Assembly: GCA_964247135.1 (NCBI GenBank)
Contig: CAXTTL010000013.1
Span: 1 to 40,805 of the forward strand
Source: an uncultured Deinococcales bacterium
GTDB lineage: Bacteria > Deinococcota > Deinococci > Deinococcales > JAAFIG01
Reading direction: 5' to 3'
Length of the DNA stretch: 40,805 nt
In this document: piece after piece, positions 35,658 to 40,805 of the stretch
How positions within the stretch are numbered: position 1 is the first letter of the stretch
Layout of the letters: every line of letters begins with the position of its first letter
The notes under the pieces: generated by a model
What the model was told of the DNA's origin: nothing
What the model saw: the letters and a program-made list of their open reading frames with translations, nothing else
Database searches by the model: none
Translations under genes and position numbers: made by a program

Positions 35658-38600
35658 GTGTCGGTGGCGGAGTCGGATCGTTATCAGTTCGTTAAAGACT
35701 TGGGTCAGGGCGCGATGGGTCGCGTCAGCCTGGCGCTGGATCGGGTCTCGGGCGAATTGGTGGCGATCAAGCGCCTTCATGAGGTCGTGGCGTTGCAGGG
35801 CGGTGCGCGGCTGCGGCGCGAATTTCGGGCGCTCGAGCGCATAGAGCACCCAAATGTTTTGAAAGTGCTGGGTTTTGGCGATGATCGCGGTTTGCCTTTT
35901 CTGGTCATGGAGTACGTGCGCGGCACGGATTTAAACGACTGGCTCGAGCAAAAACCCAAACTCGCGGATATCGTGCGGGTGTTCGCTGGGGTTGCCAGTG
36001 CGCTCTCGGCGGTTCATGCGCAGGGCATTGTGCACCGCGACTTAAAACCCGAGAATATTCGGGTCACGGCAGCGGGTGAAGCCAAACTGATGGATTTTGG
36101 GCTGGCGAAATCCTTGCAGGGTTCTGTCGCGCTGACCAAGGCGGGGGCGGTGGTCGGCACGGTCTTGTACATGGCACCCGAACAATGTCGGGGGGCGCAA
36201 CTCGATTACCGCGCCGATTTGTACGCCCTTGGCGCAGTTTTGTACAGCGCCCTGACGGGGCGTCCACCATTTGTGGGCGACGGACTGGCGCAGGTGGTCA
36301 TGCAGCACATCTCGCAAACCCCAGTCACACCGCGTCAGTTCAACCCTGGCATTCCCAATAAGCTCGAGGCACTGATTTTATTGATGCTCGAGAAAAACCC
36401 GCTTGATCGTCCCCAGAGCGCCTTGGCGGTGCGCGAGGCGTTGCTGGGCATTCTGGAAGAACCAACCGCCGACCTTGGCGCCTCGAGTGCTGAGACTGCA
36501 CGGGCGGACGCCTTGCTGGTCGCGCCGCTGATCGGGCGCGACCTCGAGTTGGGATCGTTGCTGCCCTTGCTCGAGCGTCCACCGGAGACGGGCGTGGTGG
36601 CAGTCACGGGCGATGTCGGTTCGGGCAAAACGCGGCTGTTGCGGGCTTTTTCCGAACGCGCCCGAAACGTTGGCGTTCGGTTGGCGGTGGGTGAAGCCAT
36701 CGAGCACGACCCGACGCCGTTCGGTGCGGTATCGCGTTTGATTCTGGACGTGCAACGCAACAACAAAGGCATTCTTGAAGCCCTGCCTGAAACTGCCAGG
36801 GCAGAACTGGCACGAATCGCGCCGACCCTGGGCGAAGTGCCAGCCCCAGACTCGGGTTTGCCTGCCGACGTGGCGCGTTTGCGCCTTTTCGAGGCGTTCA
36901 CGAAACTGCTCGAGTTGCTGTGCAGCGTGACGCCCGTGGTGTTCGAGAATTTGCACTGGGCGGACGCCAGCACCCTCGAGTTGCTGGCGCACGCCACACG
37001 AAGCGCCGAGAATCCCCGAGTCATCATCAGTTACCGCGTCGAAGATTTGCCCGAGGAAACAACCGTACCCAAAGGTTTAAAACCAAAACGGGTCATCAAT
37101 TTACAGGCTTTGCCCGACAGCGCCATGCAGGAACTGCTGGTCGCCTGGCTGGACTCGAGCATCGACCCGACCCTGGTCAATGAGTTGGTCTTGCACGCCG
37201 CCGGCAACCCCTGGGTGCTCGAGGAACGATTAAAAGCCATGCTCGAGGCTGGGGCGGTCTTCAGGCGCGGCGGCATGTACGAATGGAATCGCAGCTTGCT
37301 GGGTTTGCCGAGCGGTCTGAACGAACTGCTGGCACACCGCTTGGCGGCATTGCCAGCCAACGCCCTCGAGTTTGCGCGGGCGGGCAGCGTTTTGGGTCGT
37401 GCTTGGATGTTCGACGATGCCAAAGGCTTGCTGGGTTGGGGCGATGACGCCGCTTTGGACGCGCTCGAGGCGTTGGTGCGGGCAAAGTTGGTTTCAGAAA
37501 TTCCAGGCTCGAACGGTGAGGGTTTTCGCTTCAGACATCCGCTTTACACCGACATTTTGACCAGCAGCATCATGAGCTTGAAACGCCGCAAAATGCACGC
37601 CAAAGCCGCCACACTGCTCGAGGGTCGGGCGGCAGCCATCGAACTGTGCATTCATTACCTGGAGGCGAACGCTTTTGAAAAGGCGCTCGAGAAAGGTTTT
37701 GAGGCGGGTTTGTTGGCGCAGAACACCTTCGCTTACCCGCAAGCCGAACGCGCCTACCGACTGGCGTTGGAAGCCGCCGAACACCTCGAGATGCCGAATT
37801 TAATGGTTTTAAAGGTTCAGCATCAGCTTGCCGAGGTGCTCTCGATTGGTGGGCGCAACAGTGAAGCCATTAAACTCTGGGAAGACGTGATCGAGCACGC
37901 CCCGTCGCTCGAGGGTGGCGCTGAGGTGCTGGCGCAAGCCAAAGTCTCGTTGGTCAAAGTCTTGCGTTTTACCGCCTCCTTAGAGCACAGCCTCGAGTTG
38001 CTGGGCGAACCCATTGTCGGCACACCCTTTTTTGAGGAATTGTGCGCCGAGCTGGCGGCGGTCTACATCCGCACCGGAAAATGGGATCAAGCCAGAATGT
38101 ACGCGATTCGGGCATTGAAAGCCGCCCGCAAAACGGGCAAACTCGAGACTGAGGCGCTGGCGCTCAGGCATTTGGCGTGGATGGAAAGCAACCGTAACAA
38201 GCGCTTTAGACAAGTCGATAAACTGATGGCGCTCTCGATTGCCAAAGCCGAGGCGTCGGGCAACAACCATGTGCTCTCCTCGATCTGGGTGGATCGCGGC
38301 ACGCTGTACAACCGCGAGAAGTGTTTTGATGATGCCACCCAAGCTTTTGAACAGGCATCAAAATACATTCAAAAAACCGCCAACATCAAACTTCAAGCCA
38401 CGATTGCGGTCAATTTGGCAATCTCGCTCGAGAATCAAGACGAATTTGAAGAGGCTTGCCAGAGCCTCGAGCCTGCGATTTTGCTGGCGAAACGGGCTGG
38501 GTACACCATGATTGAACGCCCCGCAACCTTCAATTTGGGCACCTACAAATACGCCCTGGGGAAATTTGACGAGGCGCTGGCAATCTTCAAGCAACTGCAA

Positions 38601-39065
38601 GAAATCACGAATGACACCGCCTTTGAACGCTCCAGATTTTTTGAGACACACATCATGCTCGAGCGCGGCGACGGTTTTATCATGCAACTGCCAGAGATCA
38701 AAAACCCCGAAGACCAAGACATGTTGCATTTGCTCGAGGTCGAACACGCCCTCAGCTTTGGCAATTACGCCACCGCCCTCGAACTGACCCACCAACCCAA
38801 CCTCGAGTACGCCTGGTTTTGGGCGCTGGCAAAACTTCATGCCACCTGGCGGCTGGGGTTAGAAACCGACGCGGCGCTGCTCGGGTTTCAAAACGCTCCA
38901 GCCCCAAGCCTCAAATCGAGTTTGCACCAAACGTACTCGAGGTTTATCCATCAGGTTTTCAAGAAAGACATTGACGAGCAGAGCCTTAAACTGCAAGCCG
39001 AGGCATTGTTTCAAAGCTTGATCGGTATTTTCGCTCGAGATGTCGCCCTTTCGCTGCGCGATTGA
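35658..39065 (+). CDS. Hanks-type Ser/Thr kinase + STAND-type ATPase + TPR protein
   Basis: GQGAMG, VAIK, HRDLKPEN, DFG, YMAPE; Walker A GDVGSGKT; ENLHWAD; GNPWVLEE; FRFRHPL; C-terminal TPRs. Confidence 0.92.
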   Translation: MSVAESDRYQFVKDLGQGAMGRVSLALDRVSGELVAIKRLHEVVALQGGARLRREFRALERIEHPNVLKVLGFGDDRGLPFLVMEYVRGTDLNDWLEQKPKLADIVRVFAGVASALSAVHAQGIVHRDLKPENIRVTAAGEAKLMDFGLAKSLQGSVALTKAGAVVGTVLYMAPEQCRGAQLDYRADLYALGAVLYSALTGRPPFVGDGLAQVVMQHISQTPVTPRQFNPGIPNKLEALILLMLEKNPLDRPQSALAVREALLGILEEPTADLGASSAETARADALLVAPLIGRDLELGSLLPLLERPPETGVVAVTGDVGSGKTRLLRAFSERARNVGVRLAVGEAIEHDPTPFGAVSRLILDVQRNNKGILEALPETARAELARIAPTLGEVPAPDSGLPADVARLRLFEAFTKLLELLCSVTPVVFENLHWADASTLELLAHATRSAENPRVIISYRVEDLPEETTVPKGLKPKRVINLQALPDSAMQELLVAWLDSSIDPTLVNELVLHAAGNPWVLEERLKAMLEAGAVFRRGGMYEWNRSLLGLPSGLNELLAHRLAALPANALEFARAGSVLGRAWMFDDAKGLLGWGDDAALDALEALVRAKLVSEIPGSNGEGFRFRHPLYTDILTSSIMSLKRRKMHAKAATLLEGRAAAIELCIHYLEANAFEKALEKGFEAGLLAQNTFAYPQAERAYRLALEAAEHLEMPNLMVLKVQHQLAEVLSIGGRNSEAIKLWEDVIEHAPSLEGGAEVLAQAKVSLVKVLRFTASLEHSLELLGEPIVGTPFFEELCAELAAVYIRTGKWDQARMYAIRALKAARKTGKLETEALALRHLAWMESNRNKRFRQVDKLMALSIAKAEASGNNHVLSSIWVDRGTLYNREKCFDDATQAFEQASKYIQKTANIKLQATIAVNLAISLENQDEFEEACQSLEPAILLAKRAGYTMIERPATFNLGTYKYALGKFDEALAIFKQLQEITNDTAFERSRFFETHIMLERGDGFIMQLPEIKNPEDQDMLHLLEVEHALSFGNYATALELTHQPNLEYAWFWALAKLHATWRLGLETDAALLGFQNAPAPSLKSSLHQTYSRFIHQVFKKDIDEQSLKLQAEALFQSLIGIFARDVALSLRD

Positions 39066-39155
39066 TTTACACAAGGGTTACCTCTGAAACTGAGTATTTT
39101 GCTGGTGAACCTATAATTTTTTTGGAAGGGCTATAATTAAAACAGGAGGTTTGTC

Positions 39156-39836
39156 GTGAAAAAATATCTGTTGATTTCCGCACTGGGATTGTCGGTGATC
39201 CTGTCATCGTGTTTTCTCATTAAAGGACTCAGGGTTGAAGTGCCAGGCGAAAATCCTGTCGGTTTGAATGGTAAATCCATCGACGTTGGCTCGAGCGGCG
39301 TGGGTCGCCCAGAATTGATGTCCAACCGCGTTGCCAAAGCCTTTAATGCCGCCATCACCGACGCCACTTTTGAAGACACCCCAAATATTTCCACCGAATT
39401 CAACAAGTACGGCATCAGCGTCGGTGGCTTAACGGCTTGGGGCGCGTGCGTTAAATTCTCTGGCAGCGCCACCCTCAAAAACAACACTGCCGCCGTTCCA
39501 GCCGCGATCACCTTAAGCGACGTTTCTGCCGAATTGACTTTGAAAGACGCTATTAACGCAGGGATTTCCTTCACCCTCAAAACCGATCCCGCCAATGCCA
39601 GCGTGACCTTAAACAACACCACGGCAAACAATTACAGCTTTGACCCCAGCAAACTCGTGCTTTGCGCCAGACTCGAGACGGCAAGCCTGACCCAACTGGT
39701 CGGTATCCTCGAGTCAGGTGGGACAAACACGGTCTCTGGTACGCTGAAATACAGCCTAGATGGCATCAGCGGTTTAAGTGCGGGCAGCACGTTGACCCTG
39801 ACTTTTGGGGCTGGAAGCTCGTATATTATTTTGTAA
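39156..39836 (+). CDS. Hypothetical lipoprotein
   Basis: AGGAGG RBS, GTG start, lipobox LSSC; TATAAT boxes at 39112 and 39132. Confidence 0.8.
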   Translation: MKKYLLISALGLSVILSSCFLIKGLRVEVPGENPVGLNGKSIDVGSSGVGRPELMSNRVAKAFNAAITDATFEDTPNISTEFNKYGISVGGLTAWGACVKFSGSATLKNNTAAVPAAITLSDVSAELTLKDAINAGISFTLKTDPANASVTLNNTTANNYSFDPSKLVLCARLETASLTQLVGILESGGTNTVSGTLKYSLDGISGLSAGSTLTLTFGAGSSYIIL

Positions 39837-39960
39837 ATCCTTGATTTCTTTTGGGACGAAACCCGTCGGTAAGTGTTTCTTGACCATAAAACGCACCTTA
39901 CGGGCATGGTCGCTTCGTCCCTTTTGCTTCTCGAGGTATCTCTGCTACAATCCTCGAGCC

Positions 39961-40805
39961 ATGACCGAAGTTTTCACAAAACCAGATTTTCACCGCAGCC
40001 GCCTCGAGACGGGTCGTGCGGTGCTTGCACCGATGGCAGGTTTTTCGGACGCACCGTTTCGCTTGTTGTGCCGCGAATTTGGGGCTGCCTGGGCGGTCAC
40101 CGAAATGGTCTCGAGCATCGGTGTGCTGATGAACGGCAAGAAGAGTTTTGAAATTGGCGAACCGTACCCTAATGAGCCTGATTTGGTGATTCAAGTCTTC
40201 GGCGCTGACCCCCAAATGGTCGGCGAAGCCAGCGCCAAACTGTACGAGGAATTCAAACCCGCCGCGATTGATGTCAACATGGGTTGCCCCGTGCCGAAGG
40301 TCGTGAAAAACGGTGGCGGTGCGTGCCTGCTGCAAAACCCTGACGCCGCCCAAGCCATCATCTCGAGCATGAGCCGTAGCGTTCCAGTACCGGTCAGTGC
40401 CAAAATCCGTTTGGGTTGGGATAAATTCAACGCCATCGAGGTTGCACAGGCGCTCGAGGCTGGCGGCGCAAACTGCCTCGCACTTCATGGGCGCACCCGT
40501 TCGCAGGCGTACACGGGTTTTGCCGATTGGGACAAGATTCAAGCGGTTCAGGAAGCCATCAACATTCCGCTGGTCGGCAGTGGCGACGTTGTGACCGCCC
40601 AGCAATTCAATGAACGCAAAGCCCGAGCCTCGGGCGTGATGATCGGACGCGGCGCAATCGGACGCCCCTGGATTTTTGCTGAGGTTCAAGGTGGCGCGAC
40701 CCTCGAGATTCCCGACATCGTGCGTCTGGCGTACTGCCACGCGCTGTTGAACGTCGCCTGGTACGGCGAGTTAAACGGAATGCGGCAAATTCGTGGACCG
40801 CTCGG
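39961..40805 (+). CDS. dusB: tRNA-dihydrouridine synthase (runs off the window end)
   Basis: LAPMAGFSD, TEMVS, IDVNMGCPVPKV, SAKIRLGW, LHGRT, GVMIGRGAIGRPWIF; absent from the ORF track because no stop lies in the window. Confidence 0.92.
   Translation, partial: MTEVFTKPDFHRSRLETGRAVLAPMAGFSDAPFRLLCREFGAAWAVTEMVSSIGVLMNGKKSFEIGEPYPNEPDLVIQVFGADPQMVGEASAKLYEEFKPAAIDVNMGCPVPKVVKNGGGACLLQNPDAAQAIISSMSRSVPVPVSAKIRLGWDKFNAIEVAQALEAGGANCLALHGRTRSQAYTGFADWDKIQAVQEAINIPLVGSGDVVTAQQFNERKARASGVMIGRGAIGRPWIFAEVQGGATLEIPDIVRLAYCHALLNVAWYGELNGMRQIRGPL

Noticed and set aside
39898-40740. 280-aa minus-strand ORF
   Set aside because: Antisense shadow of dusB, which has clear motifs on the plus strand
1-40805. 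IS elements, integrases, tRNA or rRNA genes
   Set aside because: No transposase or integrase motifs and no cloverleaf or rRNA signatures recognised by eye
1-40805. CTCGAG excess as a cloning or XhoI-ligation artefact
   Set aside because: Sites sit inside intact conserved reading frames in all three frames and are depleted specifically in AT-rich islands

Overview
Chromosomal window from a moderately GC-rich bacterium. It most likely belongs to the Deinococcota: a TANNNT box sits 6-7 nt before many start codons (leaderless mRNAs), RecJ is long, and Rel carries an insert. The taxonomy is inference. Housekeeping and metabolic genes occupy most of 14.5-40.8 kb: recJ, a saccharopine dehydrogenase-like gene, xdhC, holB, a NarL-type two-component system, metY, a serine hydrolase, an SDR, relA/spoT, a kinase-ATPase-TPR protein and dusB. 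The first 14.5 kb is accessory. It holds an MNT with a broken HEPN partner, a HExxH peptidase pair, a secreted peptide next to a TPR/wHTH protein, an AfsR-like BTAD-ATPase-TPR regulator with an AT-rich 3' end, several small proteins (two sharing a 16-bp operator), tandem beta-helix paralogs, and an AT-rich DUF262-like + HEPN island. The strongest window-wide signal is extreme enrichment of the palindrome CTCGAG (about 10 per kb in host-like DNA, none seen in the two main AT-rich islands), which resembles cyanobacterial HIP1. Other highlights are an IclR fused to a catalytically degenerate acetyl-CoA synthetase, a candidate ~65-nt sRNA or attenuator, GTAG-type REPs and a coding 21-bp VNTR. All calls come from manual motif reading; no database searches were run.
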